From Antedon mediterranea (lineage: Eukaryota > Animalia > Echinodermata): a DNA stretch of 64,000 nucleotides. Positions 41,970-54,349 of the stretch are shown in pieces. The notes beneath the pieces are model-generated. The model searched no databases and was not told where the DNA came from. It saw only the letters and a program-made list of their open reading frames with translations. Location of the stretch: the NCBI RefSeq assembly GCF_964355755.1, contig NC_092673.1, positions 35,213,648 through 35,277,647 on the forward strand. Reading direction: 5' to 3'. The position numbers and the translations under genes were made by a program. How positions within the stretch are numbered: the first letter of the stretch is position 1; every line of letters starts with the position of its first letter.

Positions 41970-42845
41970 TTTCACTCTGGCATTACAGTTCACTCTAGAA
42001 TGATTTCACACTGGCATTACAGTTCAATCTAGAATGATTTCACTCTGGCATTACAGTTCACTCTAAAATGATTTCACTCTGGCATTACAGTTCACTCTAG
42101 AATGATTTCACTCTGGCATTACAGTTCACTCTAAAATGATTTCACACTGGCATTACAGTTCAATCTAGAATGATTTCACTCTGGCATTACAGTTCACTCT
42201 AAAATGATTTCACTCTGGCATTACAGTTCACTCTAGAATGATTTCACACTGGCATTAGTTCACTCTAGAATGATTTCACATTGGCATTACAGTTCACTCT
42301 AGAATGATTTCACTCTGGCATTACAGTTCACTCTAAAATTATTTCACTCTGGCATTACAGTTCACTCTAGAATGATTTCACTCTGGCATTACAGTTCACT
42401 TTAGAATGATTTCACACTGGCATTACAGTTCAATCTAGAATGATTTCACTCTGGCATTACAGTTCACTCTAAAATGATTTCACTCTGGCATTGCAGTTCA
42501 CTCTAGAATGATTTCACTCTGGCATTACAGTTCACTCTAAAATGATTTCACACTGGCATTACAGTTCAATCTAGAATGATTTCACTCTGGCATTACAGTT
42601 CACTCCAAAATGATTTCACTCTGGCATTACAGTTCACTCTAGAATGATTTCACACTGGCATTAGTTCACTCTAGAATGATTTCACATTGGCATTACAGTT
42701 CACTCTAGAATGATTTCACACTGGCATTACAGTTCACTCTAAAATTATTTCACTCTGGCATTACAGTTCACTCTAGAATGATTTCACACTGGCATTAAAG
42801 TTCACTCTAGAATGATTTCACTCCAAAATTTTTTCATTCTGGAAT
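41970..42845. repeat. 34-bp minisatellite (dimer of ttcactct-based subunits), about 25 copies
   Basis: Unit tttcactctggcattacagttcactctagaatga. Confidence 0.95.
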
Positions 42846-43429
42846 GATTTTTAGGCTTGACTTGTTTTCCTTTCTTTTACAAGGTACTGGCACACAATGT
42901 CTGCACTATTACACACACATATTTCTTGTCTGTCTGACCACTTATTTGAAAACTTTTTTTCTCATTCGAAAGAAGAGGAAGAGGGGTGGGGCTATTTCAT
43001 CTACGCAACATTTTAATCTGTAAATAACATCTCAAGTATACTTCAAAATAAATAAACCGATACATAAGCCATAAGATGAAGCTGAAACATAATTCCAAAG
43101 CTTTCATCTCTCACTATCAGTATCAATTTCATGTAAATTTAGTAAAAGGTAATAATGTCACGGTAAAATTTAACGTACATACTTCCCAGAAACATTAAGA
43201 TTAACTTTTTATCAAATTTCCATTTAAAGTATATTGTTTATTAATAATATGAAGGCCTACTTTAAATGTGAACATTATGAGTATATTTATAATCAAGTCA
43301 TTATAAGAATCAATATTAATTGGACGAACTCTTTTTATTGAAAGAACGATAAAATCAACTTACTTAGATACTGTAGCTGATGTACAGTGTAGGTTGGGTG
43401 TAAAAAACTTAGAAATAGGTTTAGAAAAA

Positions 43430-44080
43430 AATGCTTGAAATTAGGTGGGTGCTTTGAAATAAGGTGGGTGGGCACTTAAAATTAGGTTGGTAGGTGCTTG
43501 AAATTAGGCGAGTGGGTGCTTGAAATTAATTGGGTGGGTGCTTGAAATTAAGTGGGTGGGTGCTTGAAATTAATTGGGTGGGTGCTTGAAATTAATTGGG
43601 TGGGTGCTTGAAATTAATTGGATGGGTGCTTGAAATTAATTGGGTTGGTGCTTGAAATTAGGTGGGTGAGTCCTTGAAATTAGGTGGGTGGGTGCTTTGA
43701 AATAAGGTGGATGGGCGCTTAAAATTAGATTGGTAAGTGCTTGAAATTAATTGGGTAGGTGCTTGAAATTAATTGGGTGGGTGCTTGAAATTAGGTGGGT
43801 GGGTGCTTGAAATTAGGTGGGTGGGTGCTTGAAATTAATTGGGTGGGTGCTTGAAATTAATTGGATGGGTGCTTGAAATTAATTGGGTGGTGCTTGAAAT
43901 TAGGTAGGGAGGTGCTTGATATTAGGTAGGTGCATGCTTGAAATAAGGTGGGTAGATGCTTAAAATAAGGTGGGTGGGTGCTTGAAATTGGGTGGGTGGG
44001 TGCTTAAAATAAGGTGGGTGGGTGCTTAAAATAAGGTGGGTGGGTACTTAAAATTAGGTGGATGGGAAGCTTTAAAATAA
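43430..44080. repeat. 22-bp G-rich minisatellite, about 29 copies
   Basis: Unit gggtgggtgcttgaaatta(att/ggt). Confidence 0.95.
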
Positions 44081-44104
44081 ATGGATTACTCCATGCCTAC
44101 CCAT

Positions 44105-45156
44105 AAAAAATTATTGGCAAATGCCCTGCCCAACTCTATCCTTCACAAAACATTATTGGCAAATGCCCTGCCCAACTCCATCCTTCATAAAACATTATTG
44201 GTAAATGCCCTGCCCAACTCAATCCTTCACAAAACATTATTGTCAAATGCCCTGCCCAACTCCATCCTTCACAAAACATTATTGGTAAATGCCCTGCCCA
44301 ACTCCATCCTTTACAAAACATTATTGGAAAATGCCCTGCCCAACTCCATCCTTCACAAAACATTATTGGTAAATGCCCTGCCCAACTCCATCCTTTACAA
44401 AACATTATTGGTAAATGCCCTGCCCAACTCCATCCTTCACAAAACATTATTGGTAAATGCCCTGCCCAACTCCATCCCTTACAAAACATTATTGGCAAAT
44501 GCCCTGCCCAACTCCATCCTTTACAAAACATTATTGGCAAATGCCCTGCCCAACTCCATTCTTCACAAAACATTATTGGCAAATGCCCTGCCCAACTCCA
44601 TCCTTCACAAAACATTATTGTCAAATGCCCTGCCCAACTCCATCCCTTACAAAACATTATTGGCAAATGCCCTGCCCAACTCCATCCTTCACAAAACATT
44701 ATTGGCAAATGCCCTGCCCAACTCCATCCTTCACAAAACATTATTGGCAAATGCCCTGCCCAACTCCATCCTTCACAAAACATTATTGGCAAATGCCCTG
44801 CCCAACTCCATCCTTCACTAAACATTATTGGTAAATGCCCTGCCCAACTCCATCCCTTACAAAACATTATTGGCAAATGCCCTGCCCAACTCCATCCTTC
44901 ACAAAACATTATTGGTAAATGCCCTGCCCAACTCCATCCTTTACAAAACATTATTGTCAAATGCCCTGCCCAACTCCATCCTTCACTAAACATTATTGGC
45001 AAATGCCCTGCCCAACTCCATCCTTTACAAAACATTATTGGCAAATGCCCTGCCCAACTCCATCCTTTACAAAACATTATTGTCAAATGCCCTGCCCAAC
45101 TCCATCCTTCACTAAACATTATTGGCAAATGCCCTGCCCAACTCCATCCTTCACTA
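44105..45156. repeat. 42-bp minisatellite, about 25 copies
   Basis: Unit aaacattattggcaaatgccctgcccaactccatccttcaca. Confidence 0.95.
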
Positions 45157-45536
45157 AGGTTGTATGAATTAAAATATTTTTAGTTTGCTTCTATATTACA
45201 ATACCCTTACTATAAATTTTATACAGGTTTTATTGTTTTTGTATGCTCTGAAAATATTGTGTTGAAAACTGTATCATATTTTTATATATTAACAAGCAAA
45301 TGACCTGTTTAATGGTTGTGTGCTCAACAAATATGTAAATGTGTTTATAAATTCAGTTGCGATACATCCAATTTGAAATTTGCATTCTTGAATTACATAT
45401 GTATTGCAAAAAAAGTAAATGACATGCTGCTGCTGCGGTTCATATGTCTACAAACATAATGCAAATATAGTTGTAATCATAGGTCTACTATAACGCATGG
45501 TTCTAAAACACTTTGTGTACAAAAACATTTTGAACA

Positions 45537-45924
45537 TGGATTAGAATACACATACTGTACTTTGCTGAGGGTGGATTAGAATACACATACTGTACCTTGC
45601 TGAGGGTGGATTAGAATACACATACTGTACCTTGCTGAGGGTGGATTAGAATACACATACTGTACCTTGCTGAGGGTGGATTAGAATACACATACTGTAC
45701 CTTGCTGAGGGTGGATTAGAATACACATACTGTACTTTGCTGAGGGTGGATTAGAAAACACATACTGTACCTTGCTGAGGGTGGATTAGAATACACATAC
45801 TGTACTTTGCTGAGGGTGGATTAGAATACACATACTGTACCTTGCTGAGGGTGGATTAGAATACACATACTGTACCTTGCTGAGGGTGGATTAGAATACA
45901 CATACTGTACTTTGCTGAGGGTGG
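45537..45924. repeat. 35-bp minisatellite, 11 copies
   Basis: Unit tggattagaatacacatactgtaccttgctgaggg. Confidence 0.95.
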
Positions 45925-46962
45925 CAATAAGTACATCACTCTATTGCCATTCTAAATTTATAAAAAACATTTTATCTTTGTCCACTCATCACTCTTTCTA
46001 TAAGTTATAAGCAGTTTTGATATGCAAAGTAATTTAATACATTTATTGCATGACTGCAGCAGGTCTATCATTCACAAACAACAACAACTTATCTTTTGAG
46101 ACATTCCTAGTCAGGGAATACCCCTTTTATTAGGGGTTAATGAGGGGAAATATGTGTTTTAACACTTTTATACAGAGGTATACTCATCTTACTAAAAAAG
46201 ACACTTTGCTGGGTCCTAAAAGTGTCCCTTTAATAGGGGTTCTAGTGATAATGATAATGATTGTAAAGCCAATATCAGGAATTATATGTTGAATAATATT
46301 TGATTTATTAGTTTTCACATGTACTAACAAGGGCAGATGTTTCACAGAAACCTCTCCAGCATCCAATAAAAAGTAACATTACTCACACCTCGGGTAATGA
46401 TAGAGATGTACACACATTATTATCTTCACACCATACCAATATTAAAACACACCCTCTTCTTCACATCTCTGGTATAGAACATTATCATCTTCAATATGTA
46501 TGTTAACAAGCACTGACCTATAACCGTATTCTGTCTAGGATCCATTATAACTGCGTAGTAATATATGCATTTCGCACCTCAATCCTCCCTTTAATTACAT
46601 TGGAACATCTAATAAATCACTACACCTGTCTATGTTCGACAAGTGCCTAGGTTTATTCCATTTCCGATGTAGGGATATCATATTTCACAGCCAAACATGT
46701 CTAGAAATTATTTATAACCTCTAGTTGTAAATTTATGTTATCTAGCTGTTGTGTAATTTGTATACAGTATACACATATCATTTTCCACAAGTATTGTTGT
46801 GTGGGACTACCTTTGTCATTTATGGAAAGAAGATCAGTATAGCCTTCATGAATTGACACCATCCCATGAAATTTTAAAAAAAACCTTTACTATGTGGTTT
46901 CAAAAGAAGTCAAAGTAAGCATAGATCGTTATGGACCTCAACAATTGTTATAATCATTCTTA

Positions 46963-47090
46963 AGCTCTGTCTATACTATCAAACTTCATGTGATGTGCCC
47001 ATATATGGACACACGATACATCATATCAATACCATATTTGGGCACACCACATATTTTTTGTCAAACTAATTTGATAGTGTAGACAGAGCT
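46963..47090. mobile_element. MITE family A copy
   Basis: Both TIRs, TTA/TAA flanks. Confidence 0.8.
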
Positions 47091-49047
47091 TAACAAATTT
47101 AAAATTCTTTCGAAAATTATATTTTATAGATAAAAAGCAAATAAGATTGAAGAAATTATTTCTGGTTTCAGATTTATTTTAAAATGTGTGAATGGTACTA
47201 AAGTAGTTGCAATGTATTAAAATATAATGAAAGAAGTTAATGGGATTGAATTGCTGCTATGATACCAATTACATATGATAGCTGTGATAAAAAGACTAAT
47301 GAGAGACATCATCGTATAAAATAAATAAAGTCAAGTTAGTAACTAGGTCACCAAAGATAATAGATCCATCACTTAAACTGATATTAAAAAGATATTGTGG
47401 TAAATTAGTTTGGTACATCATAAGCATTGACTAGAGCTTGGTTCAAGATTGTTTCTCAAGGTAATCACCATTTTTTAATAATATTAAAAAATATATTCAT
47501 ATTTAATTTTGTGAAAAAAACAAACACTTTCATATATTACCTTAATGTTTTTTCTTGTATCATTTTTTAATCTCACATATTTTGTGATTTTAAATGAAAT
47601 TATGGAAAGAATAACAATTTTGGGACTAGGCTACTTGTAAATGGATCAACTACAACATTTATATAAACAAATATTAAAATGTGTAATAATCCTATGTTAC
47701 TGTTTACTTGACAAAAGTTAAATTATTGTAATTTGTGTGACATAATGTAATATCATCATTTGTGTAAAAATATTTTTGTTGCCACAGTTTTTAATCCAAC
47801 TTTTAATATCTATAACCTATTTATTATGAATACAGTACTTGACGATATTAATAGTTAGGGGGCCAAACACACAAAAGAAGAGGGAAAAATAATAACAAGT
47901 ATTGTGTGGTTAACTGGTGTGGTGGTACATACTGTATATTGCACATGGCAAAGTACTTTTTATAAAAACAAGAGTTCATCAAAAATACTGTTGGTGATAA
48001 AATTAACGGTGAATGTACAGTAAGTCTAATTTAAAATTACTGTTTTATTAGTGAGCCTACAGTAGACGTCATCATCACCTAGCCTACTACCTGATTGAAT
48101 GCAAATTGCAATCGCCAATCACCACATCACACAATATATGTGACAGTATTTTTATTATATTTCAAGATATTAATACATATAAATTATACCTATGTTTTGC
48201 CTCCCCAACAAATGGCAAAAATCTTTTTGGGTAAGTTGAGATAATCCAAAGTACTTGCAGTAATACATTCTAAGGTTTATTTATAGTGTATCATTAAACA
48301 AAAAATATAAACCATAAGCTACTGAAAACCAAAACAAAAAAAACGGCTTATGAAACATCTGTATCGGATTTGGATACAAATTAAAAGATTGTTAAGGATG
48401 GTCAACACTTTAGGTCTGACATTTGAAAAATACATATAACACTCTTTGATAGGCTAACCTCACGACGCAATCAAGTTCTAAGCTTATAAATGGAACGGAA
48501 ACATCATTTAGAACTTACAGTTATTTATTATTGTTAGTCTTCCTACCAATAAAAAATAACAGGTGTACAAATGTTTAACAACTACATTCAAAATGTTGAT
48601 TTGCAATTTAGATATGAACATAAATGGATGAATAATCTATTCAATCTCTATTTTCTTTTTTCTTTTACTGGAGCACTACTGCTTATTTTCTTTTATTTTT
48701 TTCTTTTACTGCAGCACTACAGTACTGCTTCTTTGGGCATGTGCAGATCTGCTGTTAGTCAACTAGCACTATATAAATTATTATTAGTAAATGTCAGTTT
48801 GGGATTTGAAAGACTATGGTATGTTCAGGCTTAGTTATTTAAGCCTGTTTTTCAGTCGACGTTGAGTTTCGGCTAGTTCAACTAATGTTACGATCGTTGA
48901 AACTGATTAATCAAATGGTTTACCAACGTCACCTCCATAGTTTGTGAACAAAAAACATTTTGTACATTTTTTAAGGTCCAATATTTCAAAATAACAAGTG
49001 TGTGAGTTAAACTAATGTATAATACAAATACAATTATAATTGTTGTC

Positions 49048-49218
49048 CTTAGTGTAAGCATATACTTAGTGTAAGCATATACTTAGTGTAAGCATATACT
49101 TAGTGTAAGCATATACTTAGTGTAAGCATATACTTAGTGTAAGCATATACTTAGTGTAAGCATATACTTAGTGTAAGCATATACTTAGTGTAAGCATATA
49201 CTTAGTGTAAGCATATAC
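49048..49218. repeat. 17-bp perfect minisatellite, 10 copies
   Basis: Unit cttagtgtaagcatata. Confidence 0.95.
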
Positions 49219-49740
49219 CTGTAGATATCAGCATAAACATGAATGTTTATTAATAAAAATTGTTTTACATAGTTTAAAGACACAGACGTAGCCTCCCTAT
49301 AAAATTTCACCTTTAAATAATTATGTACCTGTACTTTTAAATGACATATGCCGAAAATACTTTTATAATGCAGAGTAATTACGGGGTTACGCCGCTGTTT
49401 TTCCCCAAACTATATTTTCAGAGAGACTATGAGGTAGTACTACTAGGGATAAAGGTGCAATAAAGCAAACATTTTGAAAACATTGTCAAAAATAATAAAG
49501 TAAAACCAAAAAGCAGAATTCTGATATATTCCAATGAACATTGTAAATTGAAATTGATGAATTACCAACAGCCATTAATATTGACGTCTTGGCAATAACG
49601 TGTGTTTACCTTGCTGTACCACGTCCCATGTGGACGATACCAGCTAGCTGCTAATTGACAGATGAATAGATGTCGTTTTCAAAGGACCTATGAATAATTA
49701 AATATTAGAAAAATGCTATAACAGTAGGAGCTGCACTCAC

Positions 49741-49772
49741 CTTTTGATCCTATGGTACTTGTACTGCACAGA
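49741..49772 (-). CDS. GPSM2: GPSM1/2 32-nt micro-exon (LCSTSTIGSK)
   Basis: Acceptor ttttgctctcccaacag, donor AAG|gtgagt. Provides exactly the phase 2->1 change needed between the exons at 56112 and 39314. Confidence 0.75.
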
Positions 49773-50274
49773 CTGTTGGGAGAGCAAAACAATTATAACA
49801 GTAAAGTGTTGGTACTAATGGTTAGCAATTAAAAGTGTAAATTGTACGTACTTAAGCTAAATTGCATAAGGGCCAAGTCAATGCCATTTATTTACTGATA
49901 TTTAGTAGCCATGCTGAAAATAAACAAACATCAGCATACAGAAAAACGTTGCTGTTGATACAGTAGCTATATTTTGTTACGTCTGGGTCGTCAAACCTCA
50001 GGATAAGTGAAATGGATAATAAATTAATTAGAAAGTAAATTTCTCCATGAGAAATCCTTCATTATCACCATTGTAATTAAGAGATTTATGACTGAAAAGA
50101 AGAAGGTCACCAGTGACATCATCACGTCTGTAATTGTCTGCAATGTAATTCTTTGCAAAAATAATTTAAATGAAACATTATAATTATAATTGTAGTGTGT
50201 ACTTGACCAGGAAAAAATGACAGTGTTCATTGACAAGAGAGTCTACAATAAAAAATGCAACACGTTTTGCATGG

Positions 50275-51530
50275 CAATGAAATATTGACAAACTGAAAAG
50301 AACTAGAGAGCATACTCAATGAAATATTGACAAACTGAAAAGAACTAGAGAGCATACTCAATGAAATATTGACAAACTGAAAAGAACTAGAGAGCATACT
50401 CAATGAAATATTGACAAACTGAAAAGAACTAGAGAGCGTACTCAATGAAATGTTGACAAACTGAAAAGAACTAGAAAGCGTACTCAATGAAATATTGACA
50501 AACTGAAAAGAACTAGAGAGCATACTCAATGAAATATTTACAAACTGAAAAGAACTAGAGAGCGTACTCAATGAAATATTGACAAACTGAAAAGAACTAG
50601 AGAGCATACTCAATGAAATATTGACAAACTGAAAAGAACTAGAGAGCATACTCAATGAAATATTGACAAACTGAAAAGAACTAGAGAGCATACTCAATGA
50701 AATATTGACAAACTGAAAAGAACTAGAGAGCATACTCAATGAAATATTGACAAACTGAAAAGAACTAGAGAGCGTACTCAATGAAATATTGACAAACTGA
50801 AAAGAACTAGAGAGCATACTCAATGAAATATTGACAAACTGAAAAGAACTAGAGAGCATACTCAATGAAATATTGACAAACTGAAAAGAACTAGAGAGCA
50901 TACTCAATGAAATATTGACAAACTGAAAAGAACTAGAGAGCGTACTCAATGAAATATTGACAAACTGAAAACAACTAGAGAGCGTACTCAATGAAATATT
51001 GACAAACTGAAAAGAACTAGAGAGCATACTCAATGAAATATTGACAAACTGAAAAGAACTAGAGAGCATACTCAATGAAATATTGACAAACTGAAAAGAA
51101 CTAGAAAGCGTACTCAATGAAATATTGACAAACTGAAAAGAACTAGAGCGTACTCAATGAAATATTGACAAACTGAAAAGAACTAGAGAGCGTACTCAAT
51201 GAAATATTGACAAACTGAAAAGAACTAGAGAGCATACTCAATGAAATATTGACAAACTGAAAAGAACTAGAGAGCATACTCAATGAAATATTGACAAACT
51301 GAAAAGAACTAGAGAGCATACTCAATGAAATATTGACAAACTGAAAAGAACTAGAGAGCATACTCAATGAAATATTGACAAACTGAAAAGAACTAGAGAG
51401 CGTACTCAATGAAATATTGACAAACTGAAAAGAACTAGAGAGCATACTCAATGAAATATTGACAAACTGAAAAGAACTAGAGCGTACTCAATGAAATATT
51501 GACAAACTGAAAAGAACTAGAGAGCGTACT
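50275..51530. repeat. 42-bp minisatellite, about 30 copies
   Basis: Unit caatgaaatattgacaaactgaaaagaactagagagc(a/g)tact. Confidence 0.95.
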
Positions 51531-51628
51531 GACAAGCAAGCAACTGAGATTCAAGAATTCAAGAACTAGAGAGCGTACTGACAAGCAACTGATCGAAAAT
51601 GAGTACAACTGAAAGGAAGTAGTGTATG

Positions 51629-52997
51629 ACGTCATGAGGTAATTTCCCGATTGATCGTAATCAAAACCGTACTGGGTTTGGTCTACTAGCGTTCCTGCTC
51701 CCAACCAGTAAATCCATTCATAGAAGCCTTAATGAAGTAAGCCTACCTGGTGGTGGCCATAGAACGGTCCCGAGATAACGACTATACTTCGGCTTTAGTC
51801 GATAGAAGATTGAATAAATTGTTAGAATAGAGTATACGATGTTATGATTATGTGTAGATATGTGATTTGTTCTTTTTATTCAAATGATGTTATGTATTTA
51901 ATAAATTTGTTATATCAATTAATTAAATTATCGTAGATTGCATATTATGCGATGAATATTATTTAATAAATGTTTGATATATTATTATTATTATATTAAT
52001 AAAAAAGATATTTGTTAGTATAAATAAAAAATATAGATATAAGGAAGAAAAGCAAAGAGATTATGGAGCGGCTGTACCAGAATATACAACACTAAGTATT
52101 GTAAAGTTAATATATTAAAAATTTAGGCGATCTTGTCAAAGGTCAAGCGCCTTCAGCCTTCCACGTTTCGATATTCAATATTGAACTTGACCTGACGTGG
52201 TTCCACAATATCTTTATATGAAAATGGTAGAGTGGATAGAAACATAAATTAATTTAAATTTAAAATGTTTACCTTAAACTGGTTTTGAACTGAATCGGTT
52301 GATGTCTTATCGTTGTATGTATGATTTGGTTTGGTTTAAATTATGTTCGATAAAAGTGCGTATGCGTATAGAATGAAATGCTCGCGTTACGATGTACGCG
52401 TGTAATGCTGTTTATATCGTATAATAGATAAAGGATGAAAATATAGAAGGTATGATGGTAGAAAAATAAAAAAGCAGTTTAGGATGTAGAAATAGGAAAA
52501 GTTTGTTAGTGCCAAAGTGTAGATTTTGAATGCGAGAAATTACTAGAAAGTACATTCCTGCTAGAGTCCTATGTCGGCACCTAGGCCTATATAACGTCAT
52601 GAGGTAATTTTCCGATTGATCGTAATCAAAACGGTACTGGTGGGTTTGGTCTACTAGCGTTCCTGCTCCCAACCAGTACATCCATTCATAGAAGCCTTAA
52701 TGAAGTAAACCTACCTGGTGGTGGCCATAGAACGGTCCCGAGATAACGACTATACTTCGGCTTTAGTCGATAGAAGATTGAATAAATTGTTAGAGATAGA
52801 GTATACGATGTTATGATTATGTGTAGATATGTGATTTGTTCTTTTTATTCAAATGATGTTACAGTATGTATAATAAATTTGTTATATCAATTAATTAAAT
52901 TATTGTAGATTGCATATTATGCGATGAATATTATTTAATAAATTTTTGATATATTATTATTATTATATTAATAAAAAAGATATTTGTTAGTATAAAT
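51629..52997 (-). mobile_element. Non-coding retrozyme/Penelope-like insertion, ~965-bp monomer in partial tandem
   Basis: Near-identical ~400-bp direct repeats at 51629-52025 and 52594-52997; flanking target sequence duplicated (51561-51629 and 53060-53128); hammerhead-like motif inside. Confidence 0.6.
52125..52200 (-). ncRNA. Candidate non-circularly permuted hammerhead ribozyme (U3-A8 variant)
   Basis: Minus strand CCACGU-C-AGGUCAAG-UUCAAUAUUGAA-U-AUC-GAA-ACGUGG-AAGGCUGA-AGGCG-CUUGACCU-UUGACAA-GAU-CGCCU. Stem III is 6 bp, stem I 8 bp, stem II 3 bp; GUC cleavage triplet, GAAA and UUGACAA core are all present. Confidence 0.65.
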
Positions 52998-53148
52998 GCA
53001 CGAAAAAGAACTAGAAAAGAAACTAGAGAGCGTACTCAATGAAATATTGACAAACTGAAAAGAACTAGAGAGCGTACTGACAAGCAACTGATCGAAAATG
53101 AGTACAACTGAAAGGAAGTAGTGTATGAGTCTTTATGTCGACAATGAA

Positions 53149-53360
53149 ACTGATTGTAACTTGTTATGATTACCATACACACACATCACATACTGATTGT
53201 AACTTGTTATGACCATACACACACATCACATACTGATTGTAACTTGTTATGATTACCATACACACACATCACATACTGATTGTAACTTGTTATGATTACC
53301 ATACACACACATCACATACTGATTGTAACTTGTTATGATTACCATACACACACATCACAT
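53149..53360. repeat. 43-bp minisatellite, 5 copies
   Basis: Unit actgattgtaacttgttatgattaccatacacacacatcacat. Confidence 0.95.
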
Positions 53361-54349
53361 GATTCATGGTTGATTAAGAACCAAACTTGTGTCTTCTTGG
53401 ATAAGAACTTAAAACTGGAGGTCTTCTGTACATATCTGCAATGGGCTTTTGGTTGAATGTTTTGCTATAAATTACATTTTTTTCATGTAATTTTTTTTTC
53501 TTTTTTCGATCCAAACTATTGTGTGACATTAAAATAGCATATTCAACAAACAAATTTAAAACAATATTTTTTCAGGGGATAATATCTTTAAATCACAATG
53601 AGAGAAAACTTTAAAATTGCTATTTTTCAGTTTTAGTAATTTAATACATTTATCTGCATTTAAGCATAATTATAATAACCATGCATTCTTGATTCAAAGC
53701 AAAAGAGATAACATAGGTCCAAAACTATATCATATTATTACTGTACTTATAAAAAAAACTGTGTTAAATTTGAATAAGTGATTAGCTCAGAAATTTCAAA
53801 ATGTATGTTTTATCTTTTTCGTATTGGCAAGGTTTGGAAATCTCTCCATTATTGATTTTATTTACTGTTAATGTTGAATTGACAACTCGTAATTAAAAGT
53901 TTCCCTATGGGAATCAATCATGCACTGCATTTCTGAACAATGATTTAACAGGAATGGCAGAGTATTGAAAACACTAAAATGTTTCATTTTAAAATTATAA
54001 TATAATCAGCTTAATTAAAGCTTTGATAATATTATTAATTACAAGTTGTAATGTATGTTGTGGAAAAATTGATTTATTTATGGTAATATCGTTGATATTT
54101 AAAGTTGAATTTAGTAATGTGTGATGACAATTTTTCTTTGCCAGACAGAAGGCAATATTTCTTAATGATGTGAGACAAGAGCACTTTCTAGGACAATTAT
54201 TATAAGTTGTTTATTTTGGAGGAAAATGGTTTAAAATACAGTTCAACAGAATTAAACTTTTTAGATAAATAACAATTTTTTTTTAAATTGGGGTACTTCT
54301 GGTATTATAGTAAATTTATGTAACTATTCATATTTTCATTTCAGACTGT

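Noticed and set aside
44081-45167. Long repetitive ORFs (246-330 aa) on both strands
   Set aside because: Artefacts of a 42-bp minisatellite open in several frames; intronic, with no splice or homology support.
45911-45951. Exon-like segment whose donor-like end is amplified in the 35-bp array
   Set aside because: In the required phase (1) it hits a stop within three codons, and the splice sites are weak.
50227-51451. 296-aa and 102-aa SMLSSSFQFVNISL-repeat ORFs
   Set aside because: Translation of a 42-bp tandem array; broken by 2-bp deletions.
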